Of a stretch of DNA of 64,000 nucleotides, positions 9,644 through 17,583 are shown piece by piece. The stretch is from Thermomicrobiales bacterium (GTDB taxonomy: Bacteria > Chloroflexota > Chloroflexia > Thermomicrobiales > UBA6265). A model generated the notes under the pieces. That model searched no databases and had not been told where the DNA came from. It worked only from the letters and a program-made list of their open reading frames with translations. Location: contig DAOUDE010000062.1 of assembly GCA_034431475.1 (NCBI GenBank), forward strand, positions 21,192 to 85,191. The letters are read 5' to 3'. The translations under genes were made by a program, and so were the position numbers. Each line of letters begins with the position of its first letter. Position 1 is the first letter of the stretch.

Positions 9644-10489
9644 TCAAGGGAGCGGTGTGGCGACAATCTCGGGCTGCTGCGCCGCCTCCGCCGCGACCTC
9701 CAGCCCATTCTCCACAAAGTGAAAGGTGAGCGCTTCGCCGCTGGCCACGCGGAACCCCCAGCGGGGCGCGTTGGCCCCGGCGAAGCGCTCGCGCAACGCC
9801 GGCCCGGTAAGCTCCCCGGCGGACGCCACCAGCGCCACACCCGGTGCGGCGTTCCAGCCAGCCACCGGGCCATCCCCGGTGACGGCGACGACGCTCGCCG
9901 GTGGTGGTGCGGCGAACAGCGCCGGCGCTTCTCCGTCCGAATACACCACGATACGTGTGTTCCCACGCTCCACGACGGCCCGCCACGACAACGGGTCGTC
10001 CGGTTTGGCATCTTCAGGCAGGGCGGTCTCGATGGCGAGGGTGATCTCCGGGCTGAGCCGGATGCGTGAGGGTACCGTGAGTACCGTAACTGCACCCAAC
10101 TCGCTCGCCTCGAGCGAGGGAGGAATCACGCCGAGGGAGCGTGTTGTCCGCACTTTCTCGCCCTGGGTCGCGGCAACCGGGGCCAGCAGCGTCGTCTTCG
10201 CGCCCGACACGAGCAGGACATCGACGCGGCGGGCAAAGATGGGCAGCACCGAGGTCAGCGCATTTTCGAATCCGATCGGATCGTCGCCGCTGGCAATGAG
10301 CAGGCGCGCGGGGCCGTCGCTGACGAGGACCGAGAGGCGATCGCCCGACCCCAGGAAGACGATGCGCGGCGACATGATGTCGCGGTACCACATGCCTACG
10401 GCGATCCCGACCCCAACGAGCGTCACCAGGAACACCGTCCCGGCGGTGTGGAGCACCTCGCGCCAGGTGATCTCGCGCGGCTCGTTCAC
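9644..10489 (-). CDS. membrane-anchored hypothetical protein (single N-terminal TM)
   Basis: The GTG start overlaps the kinase stop (GTGA). TM segment AGTVFLVTLVGVGIAVGMWY. GC3-rich coding signal. No family recognised. Confidence 0.55.
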   Translation of the reverse strand: MNEPREITWREVLHTAGTVFLVTLVGVGIAVGMWYRDIMSPRIVFLGSGDRLSVLVSDGPARLLIASGDDPIGFENALTSVLPIFARRVDVLLVSGAKTTLLAPVAATQGEKVRTTRSLGVIPPSLEASELGAVTVLTVPSRIRLSPEITLAIETALPEDAKPDDPLSWRAVVERGNTRIVVYSDGEAPALFAAPPPASVVAVTGDGPVAGWNAAPGVALVASAGELTGPALRERFAGANAPRWGFRVASGEALTFHFVENGLEVAAEAAQQPEIVATPLP

Positions 10490-11901
10490 GGCGCGTTGTT
10501 GCCAAAGGGCGATGGCCCGCGACTGACCGTGACCTGGATGGTCGTACCTGGCGGCACGCGCGCCCCCGGCGCGGGATTCTGCGAAATGATGCTGTTCATG
10601 GGGATGCTGTCCGACGGCTCCATGCCATCCATGGTAAAGCGCAGCCCCAGGGGGATGAGGCTGCTGGTCACCGCTCCGATCGGCTGGCCGCGCAGATCGG
10701 GCACCGTTACCTGCTGTACCTGGGTGACCGGCGCCATCGTCGGCTGCTCATTCGCCACGATTGGGGGCGGCTCCGGTGCGGAGGTCGCCGTCGGCTCGGG
10801 CGTGGGCGTGACGGTGGGCTCCGCAGTCGGCGATGGCGTTGGTGACGGCGCGGGCGTCAACGTCGGTTCGACCTCGATAGCCCCGGTGATAACTGGCTCG
10901 ATGGGTGTAATCACCGTCGGCGGTGGGGGCTCACCCGTTGGCAACAGTTCGCGGAAGCCGAACCAGAGCAGCGCCGCAAACGCGGCCAGCACCAACGTGA
11001 TGATGACGAAGGTCGGCGCAGCGCTGGAGGACTTCGCCACCGGCCAGGCGCCCGGGGTGAGCGGCCCACTCGCCGTGCGGTCCACCGGCCCGCTGCCGCT
11101 CAGGGCCTCCGCCAGGGCCGTCACCGTCGGCCAGCGTTTGGTGGGGTCCTTCTCCAGCGCGCGCAAAATGACGGCATCCGTGGCCGCCGAGAGCGAGGGC
11201 TGCAGGCTGGATGGCGGCGGCGGCGGATCGTGGAGTTGCTGCATGGCCACGGCCAGCGGCGAGGTACCCTGGAACGGGACCTCGCCGGTCAGCATCTCGA
11301 AGGCCACGATCCCCGCCGAGTAGATATCCGAGGCGGGTGTCGCCATCAGGCCGCTGGCCTGCTCCGGCGAGACATAGTTCGCCGTGCCCAGCCCGCCGGG
11401 GTCGGTGAGCGTGCTGTCGGCCAGCCCGCGTGCGATGCCGAAGTCCACCACGCGCGCCCGCCGGTGCTCATCCACCAGGATGTTGCCCGGCTTGATGTCG
11501 CGGTGGACATACCCCCGCTTGTGCGCGTAGTCAAGCGCGCCGCCCACCTGCCGCAGCAGTTCGCCGACATCGGCCGGGTGGAAGGGCGCTTCGGCGGCGA
11601 TGATCTCCTTCAGCGTCTGCCCGCGCACCAGTTCCATGACAATGTACGGCTGGCCCTTCTCCTCGCCGACGTCGAAGACATCGATGATGTTCGGGTGCGA
11701 GAGGGAAGCGGACGCCCGCGCCTCGCGCTGGAAGCGGGCGCGGAACGCCGAATCGCTTGCGAACTGCGGCCTCGGCGTCTTGATCGCCACGTCGCGCGCC
11801 AGCAGCAGATCGTGCCCCTGGTAGACGATCGCCATGCCGCCCTCGCCGATCTTGCGCTCGACGCGGTAGCGGCCATTGATGATCGACTTCGGGCGGATCA
11901 C
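10486..11901 (-). CDS. Ser/Thr protein kinase with TM segment and C-terminal PASTA domain (PknB-like)
   Basis: Hanks kinase motifs GEGGMAIVY, VAIK, HRDIKPGNIL, DFG and SPEQ. TM segment APTFVIITLVLAAFAALLWFGF. The PASTA-like C-terminus is VTVPDLRGQP...ISQNPAPGARVPPGTTIQVTVS. Confidence 0.9.
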   Translation of the reverse strand: MIRPKSIINGRYRVERKIGEGGMAIVYQGHDLLLARDVAIKTPRPQFASDSAFRARFQREARASASLSHPNIIDVFDVGEEKGQPYIVMELVRGQTLKEIIAAEAPFHPADVGELLRQVGGALDYAHKRGYVHRDIKPGNILVDEHRRARVVDFGIARGLADSTLTDPGGLGTANYVSPEQASGLMATPASDIYSAGIVAFEMLTGEVPFQGTSPLAVAMQQLHDPPPPPSSLQPSLSAATDAVILRALEKDPTKRWPTVTALAEALSGSGPVDRTASGPLTPGAWPVAKSSSAAPTFVIITLVLAAFAALLWFGFRELLPTGEPPPPTVITPIEPVITGAIEVEPTLTPAPSPTPSPTAEPTVTPTPEPTATSAPEPPPIVANEQPTMAPVTQVQQVTVPDLRGQPIGAVTSSLIPLGLRFTMDGMEPSDSIPMNSIISQNPAPGARVPPGTTIQVTVSRGPSPFGNNAP

Positions 11902-13049
11902 GGCTGGCCGGCCACAGCGCCCGGCCCACCGGCCACGCGGACAGGAACCGGCGTGGTCAGGAAAACCTCCGCCGTATCCCGCAGGTGTTCCTCCAGCCGC
12001 TGCCTGACGACTTGGGCCATGGCTGCATCCGCAAACAGCGCGTAGTGCGCAGGACCAGCTCCCGACAACGCGACGTGCGTCGCGCCCGCCGCTCGCATCG
12101 CCCCGGCCACCGCCGCCACATCCGGCCGCAGCGCGTACAGCGCGCGGCTGAACGCGTTGCCAAGCAGCCCCGGATCGAGCGGCTCACCCGCACGCAGTCG
12201 TTCGGCCTGCTGCTGCACCCGCGCGCCATCGCTGAAATCCCCCGGCTCCAGCGCGGCGAACAGGCTGGCGGTCTTGCGCGGCATCTGGACGCGCGGGGCG
12301 ACGATGAGGAAGTAGAGCCCTGGAGAACCCTCACCCCCGGCCCCTCTCCCTGTACGCAGGGAGAGGGGAGACGAAGGAGGCGTTGTGCTCTCAGCCTGGT
12401 TGCCTTGTCCCGGATCCGCAGCCCCCTCCGCCACCGCGAGCCCCTCGCCCTGCGCATCGGGAGAGGGGTTGGGGTGAGGGTCCGTCTCCCTTCTCCCGCG
12501 CATCAGGAGAGGAGCTGGGGGTGAGGGCTCTTCGGGAGAGGCTGACGCCAGCTCACCGGGAAGCGGAAGTCGTTGAAGCACCTCCCCCCGCCCCCTGCCC
12601 AACGCGCACCCGCCTCGCAGCAGGAACGGCACATCGCTGCCCAGTTCCAGCGCCATCTCCGCCAGCGTATCGTCCGTCACCGCCACCTGCCAGTGATCCC
12701 GGAGCGCAAGCAACGTCGCTGCGGCGTCGCTTGAGGCGCCACCCAGTCCCGCCGCGATCGGGATACGTTTCTCCAGCTTCAGCAGCACCCCATGGCCTGG
12801 CGCGACCTGCTGCATCGCCTCGGCCGCGCGCCAGACCAGGTTCTCCTGCGGCGGCACGTCGCTGCCGGAGCACTCGAGCCCAATGCGCGGGCCGGGCGTC
12901 GCGGCCACTGAGAGTTCGTCGCACAGGCTGACGGTGAGGAAGATGGTGGCGAGGTCGTGGTAACCGTCCGCGCGGCGGCCCAGCACCTCCAGCCCGAGGT
13001 TCAGCTTGGCCGGGGCGGAGACAGTGAACGCGAACGGCAGCTCGTCCAT
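11898..13049 (-). CDS. ispE: 4-diphosphocytidyl-2-C-methyl-D-erythritol kinase (IspE) carrying a ~79-aa in-frame insertion
   Basis: GHMP kinase motifs APAKLNLGLEVLGRRADGYHDL, KRIPIAAGLGGASSDAAATLLAL and GSDVPFLL. The start ATG 13049 is 8 nt after the rsmA stop. The ORF track extends to 13154, but that overlaps rsmA. Confidence 0.85.
   Translation of the reverse strand: MDELPFAFTVSAPAKLNLGLEVLGRRADGYHDLATIFLTVSLCDELSVAATPGPRIGLECSGSDVPPQENLVWRAAEAMQQVAPGHGVLLKLEKRIPIAAGLGGASSDAAATLLALRDHWQVAVTDDTLAEMALELGSDVPFLLRGGCALGRGRGEVLQRLPLPGELASASPEEPSPPAPLLMRGRRETDPHPNPSPDAQGEGLAVAEGAADPGQGNQAESTTPPSSPLSLRTGRGAGGEGSPGLYFLIVAPRVQMPRKTASLFAALEPGDFSDGARVQQQAERLRAGEPLDPGLLGNAFSRALYALRPDVAAVAGAMRAAGATHVALSGAGPAHYALFADAAMAQVVRQRLEEHLRDTAEVFLTTPVPVRVAGGPGAVAGQP
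12328..12527. repeat. three copies of a ~40-bp palindromic (REP/MITE-like) element inside the ispE reading frame
   Basis: Unit 1 (12328-12368) is CCCTCACCCCCGG + hairpin CCCCTCTCCCTG-TACG-CAGGGAGAGGGG. Unit 2 (12441-12480) is CCCCTCGCCC-N8-GGGAGAGGGG + TTGGGGTGAGGG, in the opposite orientation. Unit 3 (12486-12527) is a degenerate copy. The same element occurs at 55635-55677. Confidence 0.75.
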
Positions 13050-13057
13050 CCTGGCGC

Positions 13058-13951
13058 CTAGGCGTCGCGCACGCTGCCGGGTGCGGCCTGCGTCAGCGTC
13101 ACCCACTCCGCGACCGAGAGCGTTTCCGCGCGGCGCATGGGATCGACTCCACACGCCTGCAGCCAGGCCGCGATCTCCGGCTTCGGCAGTTGCAGTACGT
13201 CCGCGATGGCGTTGGCGACCTGCTTGCGCTTCTGCCGGAAGCCGGCGTTGAGAATCTTGAAGAAGAGCGGCTGCTCCTCCCAGGGCAGGGGCATTGCGGG
13301 CCGCACATCGAGATGGATCACCGCCGATTCCACCTTGGGCGGCGGGATGAACACCGTCGGCGAGACGGTGAACGCGATCTTCGGTTCGGCGAAGAACTGC
13401 GTTGCCACGGAGAGGATCGTCATGTCCGGCGGTTGGGCCGTGATGCGCTCGGCCACTTCCTTCTGCAACATGACGGTCAAACGCCGTGGCTTGCGCGGCT
13501 GTTCCAGCAGGTGACGCAGGATGGCGGTGCCGGTGGAGTAGGGGAGGTTCGCCACCACGTCGAACGCGATGCCCGGCGCGAACAGGTCGTCGGCCGTCAG
13601 GTGCAGCGCGTTCCCCTGGATTAGCTCGAAGGTCGGCAGGTCCCCGAATGCCGTCTCCAGGTGCGCCGCCAGCCCTCGGTCGTACTCGACCGCGACGACG
13701 TGCCCCGCCTTCCTCAACAGCTCCGAGGTGAGGATGCCCAGCCCCGGCCCGACCTCCAGCACGCTGTCCCCCGGCCCGATGCCGGCCTGGCGCACCATGC
13801 GCTCGACAATGCCGCGCTCGAACAGGAAGTGCTGGCCCAGCCCCTTGTTCGGGCGGATGCCCAGCTCCTCCATCAGCCGGTTCCAGTCGCGGCGCGAGGT
13901 GGGGATGCGGCTGGCCGGGTTCTCCCGGTCAATACCCGGCGCGTCGATCAT
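13058..13951 (-). CDS. rsmA: 16S rRNA (adenine1518/1519-N6)-dimethyltransferase
   Basis: LGQHFLFERGIVERMV and VLEVGPGLGILTSELL (SAM motif I), plus NLPYSTGT. The ATG at 13951 overlaps the selD stop (ATGA). Confidence 0.9.
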   Translation of the reverse strand: MIDAPGIDRENPASRIPTSRRDWNRLMEELGIRPNKGLGQHFLFERGIVERMVRQAGIGPGDSVLEVGPGLGILTSELLRKAGHVVAVEYDRGLAAHLETAFGDLPTFELIQGNALHLTADDLFAPGIAFDVVANLPYSTGTAILRHLLEQPRKPRRLTVMLQKEVAERITAQPPDMTILSVATQFFAEPKIAFTVSPTVFIPPPKVESAVIHLDVRPAMPLPWEEQPLFFKILNAGFRQKRKQVANAIADVLQLPKPEIAAWLQACGVDPMRRAETLSVAEWVTLTQAAPGSVRDA

Positions 13952-15000
13952 GCGCTGACGTCGATCCCGGCGCCCCCGCGCACCTCGCCGATCTCCCACA
14001 ACGGCAGCTCGGCCGCCTCGAACGCCGCCTGCACCTCTTCCGCACGGCGCGGGCAGATGCTGAGCAGCAGCCCGCCGGAGGTCTGCGGATCGAAGAACGC
14101 CGCCTGCCGCAGCGGATCGACCTCTGCGTCGAAGCGCACGCCCCCCGCGTGGGCGGTGTAGTGGTCCCGGTTGCGCCCCAGCCCGCCCGCGAGGTTGCCC
14201 CCGGCGGCGTAGTCGAGCACGCCCGGCAGGAGCGGCACGCTGCCCGCCGTGATCGCCAGGTTGACCCCGCTCTTGGCCGCGATTTCGCTGCCGTGCCCGA
14301 GCAAGCTGAACCCGGTCACATCCGTCGCCGCGTGCACGCCGCTCGTCTTGCGCAGCACTTCCGCCGCGCGCCGGTTCAGCGTCAGCATCGAGTCGATGGC
14401 CGCCTGCAGGTCCGCATCCCGCGCGTTGCCCCGCTTGGCCGCCGTGACCACGATGCCCGTTCCCAGCCGCTTCGTCAGGAACAATCGGTCGCCCGTTCGC
14501 GCCCCGGCCTTCGTCCAGAACCCCAGCGGGTGCACCACCCCGGTCACGACCAGCCCGAACTTCGGCTCCGGATCGACGATGGTGTGCCCGCCCGCGATCA
14601 GCGCGTCCGCCTCTGCGACCTTCGCCGCCGCCCCGGCCAGGATCTGCCCTACCGCCTCGGCCGGAAGATCGTCCGGGAAGGCCGCGACGTTGAGCGCGAA
14701 GAGCACCGTGCCCCCCATGGCGTAGACATCGCTCATGGAGTTCGCAGCCGCAATGGCCCCAAAGGTGTACGGGTCGTCCACAATCGGCGTGAAGAAATCA
14801 ACCGTCTGCACCAGGGCCAGATCATCCGTCAGCCGGTAGACCGCCGCGTCGTCGCTCGTCTGTAACCCGACCAGCAGGTCGGGGTGGCTCCCTCGCGTCA
14901 GCGGCTCCAGCACGCTCGCCAGGGCCGCCGGTCCCATCTTCGCCGCACACCCCGCCGTGCTGGCGAGCGTCGTCAGGCGGATCAATTCAGCGTGCGTCAT
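13948..15000 (-). CDS. selD: selenide, water dikinase (Cys-type SelD)
   Basis: LTTLASTAGCAAKMGP is the Cys-containing active-site loop. The AIR-synthase-like fold motifs DDAAVY, DFFTPIVDDPYTFG, NSMSDVYAMGG are present. The ATG at 15000 gives 350 aa; the upstream extension in the track is low-GC non-coding-like sequence. Confidence 0.9.
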   Translation of the reverse strand: MTHAELIRLTTLASTAGCAAKMGPAALASVLEPLTRGSHPDLLVGLQTSDDAAVYRLTDDLALVQTVDFFTPIVDDPYTFGAIAAANSMSDVYAMGGTVLFALNVAAFPDDLPAEAVGQILAGAAAKVAEADALIAGGHTIVDPEPKFGLVVTGVVHPLGFWTKAGARTGDRLFLTKRLGTGIVVTAAKRGNARDADLQAAIDSMLTLNRRAAEVLRKTSGVHAATDVTGFSLLGHGSEIAAKSGVNLAITAGSVPLLPGVLDYAAGGNLAGGLGRNRDHYTAHAGGVRFDAEVDPLRQAAFFDPQTSGGLLLSICPRRAEEVQAAFEAAELPLWEIGEVRGGAGIDVSA

Positions 15001-15249
15001 GGGGTGAAACTTCCTGCTGCGGGGGCGAAATTGGCGGAACCGGCCGTGCGGCGATGATAGGGATGGGGGCGAGGGGGAGTCAAATTGAGACTGAGAGCAA
15101 AGGAAGTATCGTGAGTGCAATGATGACCTAACTTCATCCACCGAGTACAGACCTATTGGAACGTATCGCTTTTGCTACGCGTTCACTCGGCAAGCGCTGC
15201 GCCCGACTTCTAGCTGGTAATGATGCGCATTCAACCTGCAGCCGTTCAG

Positions 15250-15783
15250 CTATGCGATTCGGACCGGGACAGGCAAGCCTACTCTCATCACGAACCTTCC
15301 AAATGCCTGTGCCAAATGCTCGCGATACGGCGGAAGCAGGCGCATTCTCGGTGAAGTTGCTTTTGCATGCGTTTCAACCTGGAGGAGTGGTGTTGCAGCT
15401 ACCTGTCGAAAGCTTGCGACTCTACAGGGTGACTCGTACTCGGTAATCTCGCATGATGGAATCAAGTACAAGCTGACGACGGAACCCTGCTCTAACTGCT
15501 TCTTAGCACTCTCGCGTGCCTTGTTCGAGTCGGCGTTTGCAATGGCTAAGATGATCTCCTCAACATCGAAAAGCGGACAAACTAAAACGGAATCCAACTT
15601 CCCCTCCGTGAGATCACAGGTTTGAGACAAAACGATTATGTCGTAAACCTCTGTCGTTACATTAGGACTCGTTGCAACTGTCTCAGGGTCGAACGGGGGT
15701 TGCAGAACCAGCAAGGGGAAATCCAAGAGGATATCCCCTTGAGCGAGGGTCTCGTCCGATGTGACTTCGTACATCCCAAGCAC
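15250..15783 (-). CDS. hypothetical protein, island gene 3 (174-177 aa)
   Basis: Third ORF of the low-GC operon, with GTG 15783 or ATG 15774 as start. Motifs: GDILLDFPLLVL, YDIIVLSQTCDL, LLPPYREHLAQAFGRFVMRVGLP. No assignable family. Confidence 0.6.
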   Translation of the reverse strand: MLGMYEVTSDETLAQGDILLDFPLLVLQPPFDPETVATSPNVTTEVYDIIVLSQTCDLTEGKLDSVLVCPLFDVEEIILAIANADSNKARESAKKQLEQGSVVSLYLIPSCEITEYESPCRVASFRQVAATPLLQVETHAKATSPRMRLLPPYREHLAQAFGRFVMRVGLPVPVRIA

Positions 15784-15811
15784 CGCGACGGTAAGGCGAC
15801 CGAGTCGAGAC

Positions 15812-16309
15812 CTATTCCGAGAAGTCCTCAGAAGCTACTATCGGTAAACCTCGTTTCGACGCGAGCAGATTAGGCCTCACGGAGAAAGTTCGCTTTGGCG
15901 CAAGGATAACGTCAAGATTGACATCGTCGTATTGCGTACTTTCTTGTCCTTGTTCCGAAACTCGCTGCTCCAGAGAGGACCGCAACACTCGCTCAGCATG
16001 TAGCTGACGCTCTAGCACGGCAATCTTGGAAAGCAGCACTGCTCTCTCGAACTCGCCAGCGAAATACGCCTCGATGAGTGTCGACTCTGATCGCTTTGGT
16101 ACTGAATTGGTCGCCAGGCGCGATCTGTGACTATTTCCTCGAGTCTGTTTGGGCTTTCCCCAAAAATTTTCCACGACTTCGGGTCCCGACTCCTTCACTC
16201 CATGGTGCTTGGGATCAACCAGGAACAGTGCCTCTGGGTAACTTGGTTCGATAGTCGCATGGCCCCCAACGGTTTTGGCAGCGCCCCTCGCTGCAAATCG
16301 ACTTCTCAT
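15812..16309 (-). CDS. hypothetical protein, island gene 2 (165 aa, basic N-terminus, central coiled-coil-like segment)
   Basis: The ATG at 16309 is preceded by AGGAG with a 5-nt spacer, immediately after the stop (TAG 16320-16322) of gene 1. Heptad-like segment LLSKIAVLERQLHAERVLRSSLEQRVSEQ. The track ORF starts further upstream (16375), overlapping gene 1. Confidence 0.55.
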   Translation of the reverse strand: MRSRFAARGAAKTVGGHATIEPSYPEALFLVDPKHHGVKESGPEVVENFWGKPKQTRGNSHRSRLATNSVPKRSESTLIEAYFAGEFERAVLLSKIAVLERQLHAERVLRSSLEQRVSEQGQESTQYDDVNLDVILAPKRTFSVRPNLLASKRGLPIVASEDFSE

Positions 16310-16319
16310 GAAAGCTCCT

Positions 16320-16979
16320 CTAATCCTGAAGCACGATGCTTGCTGCAATGCCTTTTGCTCGTGCCAATGCCTCATGCGGCACCATCTCAGGATCCACGTT
16401 TGACAAATTGAATTTTACAAGCAACCAGAGATCTTCATTGTAGGGCCGATCCATGATGAAGTTGTAGGAAATTTCTTGGGTTCCATCATCGCCAAACTTG
16501 ACACCTCTAATGCCACGGATTTCATCCAGCGGAACTGAAAATTCCGACGAAGTGTTGAGAACAAATGGTAAGGGGAAAACAGTTCGAATACTCGGGCTGT
16601 CGGGAAAATCGAACTCAACCTCGCATCCTGCTACGCATTCTGGCTCCTCATCTCTAAGAAAAAAGTACAGCTCAGAATGATCCGCAGAGCTAGAAGTCGA
16701 GGGCCTCGACTCCGGTTGCACTTCATACCGGAGTCGCACCCAAATTTTTCCCGTTTCCTGATCATGCGTGGCAATCTCCATCCATGAATGGCTGACCCTA
16801 TTCTTATTGTAAACCAGCTCGATTACCCGGACCTCTTCTTCGGGTACTAGGCTTGAAAAGCGTTCCGAATTGGACGGCGACACATTGAACGACCAAACGA
16901 TGGACAGAGACGACATGTGGTTGCCGGCCAAGTCAAGTCTTGGCCATTCTTGCCGCTTTTCTTTCGCTATCTTCGCCAT
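16320..16979 (-). CDS. hypothetical protein, island gene 1 (219 aa, acidic, predicted beta-rich, no TM)
   Basis: Longest ORF in the low-GC islet and first in the minus-strand operon. No motif recognised. The start at 16979 has only a poorly spaced AGGA, so an internal start (e.g. MSSLSIVW) is possible. Confidence 0.6.
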   Translation of the reverse strand: MAKIAKEKRQEWPRLDLAGNHMSSLSIVWSFNVSPSNSERFSSLVPEEEVRVIELVYNKNRVSHSWMEIATHDQETGKIWVRLRYEVQPESRPSTSSSADHSELYFFLRDEEPECVAGCEVEFDFPDSPSIRTVFPLPFVLNTSSEFSVPLDEIRGIRGVKFGDDGTQEISYNFIMDRPYNEDLWLLVKFNLSNVDPEMVPHEALARAKGIAASIVLQD

Positions 16980-17130
16980 TCCTGATACCCGCGTATGTCT
17001 TGCGACCGGCCTCGTTGGTGGCTTGCTCTATCTATCATTGATTCTACGTCAGTTTGCCCGGCCCATACCTGCGACTGGCCGATTAGATTTCGGCGGAAGC
17101 AGGGTGCCAAATGAGTGAAGAAGCAACTTT

Positions 17131-17583
17131 GTGAAGAGAAGTAACCGAGACAGTCTAACCCCGAAGAAGAGCGCCTTCGCCACCGGCCTCACCTGGCACC
17201 TGTCCCCCGAGCCTCACTGGGCGGCGCATGCTGGTAAGGCCAGGTACACCCCGGAGCATTTCGCCGAGGAGGGGTTCATCCACTGCACGAACGGGGATGA
17301 GCGGCTGATCGAGGTCGGGAACCGCTACTACACCGCCGATCCCAGGCCGTTCCTGGCGCTGCAGGTCGATCTGGATGCGGCCGGGTCGCAGGCCATCTAT
17401 GAGGACCCGGAGCAGGTCTACCCGCACATCTACGGTGAGCTCGACACGGCGGCGGTGCGCCAGGTGCGGCGCATCGTGCGCGGGGCGGACGGCGCGTTCC
17501 TCGGGATCGGGGAGGTGGTCGAGCGCGTGGGCGAGCCCGGCGCGGGCGATGCCGCAGGTAGCGAAGGGCGCGACCGCCGCTGA
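17131..17583 (+). CDS. DUF952 family protein
   Basis: EGFIHCTNGDERL...VYPHIYGELDTAAV fits the DUF952 pattern (FIHCS...PHxYG). Its stop overlaps the MMPL ATG (TGATG). Confidence 0.75.
   Translation: MKRSNRDSLTPKKSAFATGLTWHLSPEPHWAAHAGKARYTPEHFAEEGFIHCTNGDERLIEVGNRYYTADPRPFLALQVDLDAAGSQAIYEDPEQVYPHIYGELDTAAVRQVRRIVRGADGAFLGIGEVVERVGEPGAGDAAGSEGRDRR

Larger units (their letters stand above)
15130..17130. other. low-GC genomic islet (putatively horizontally acquired cassette)
   Basis: Hand counts give 40 % GC in 15541-15600, 40 % in 16381-16440 and 45 % in 16621-16680. Flanking values are 67 % in 14701-14760 and 70 % in 17401-17460. Boundaries are approximate. No integrase, tRNA or flanking direct repeats were seen. 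Confidence 0.65.

Noticed and set aside
13948-15000. Selenocysteine recoding in selD
   Set aside because: The active-site loop is encoded with Cys (GCAAK) and there is no in-frame TGA, so this is an ordinary Cys-type SelD.
15156-17118. Short plus-strand ORFs inside the low-GC islet (15156..15446, 15622..15873, 16127..16411, 16498..16680, 16870..17118)
   Set aside because: Each is embedded antisense in one of the three longer, contiguous minus-strand ORFs, which form an operon with an SD-coupled junction. None has its own SD.
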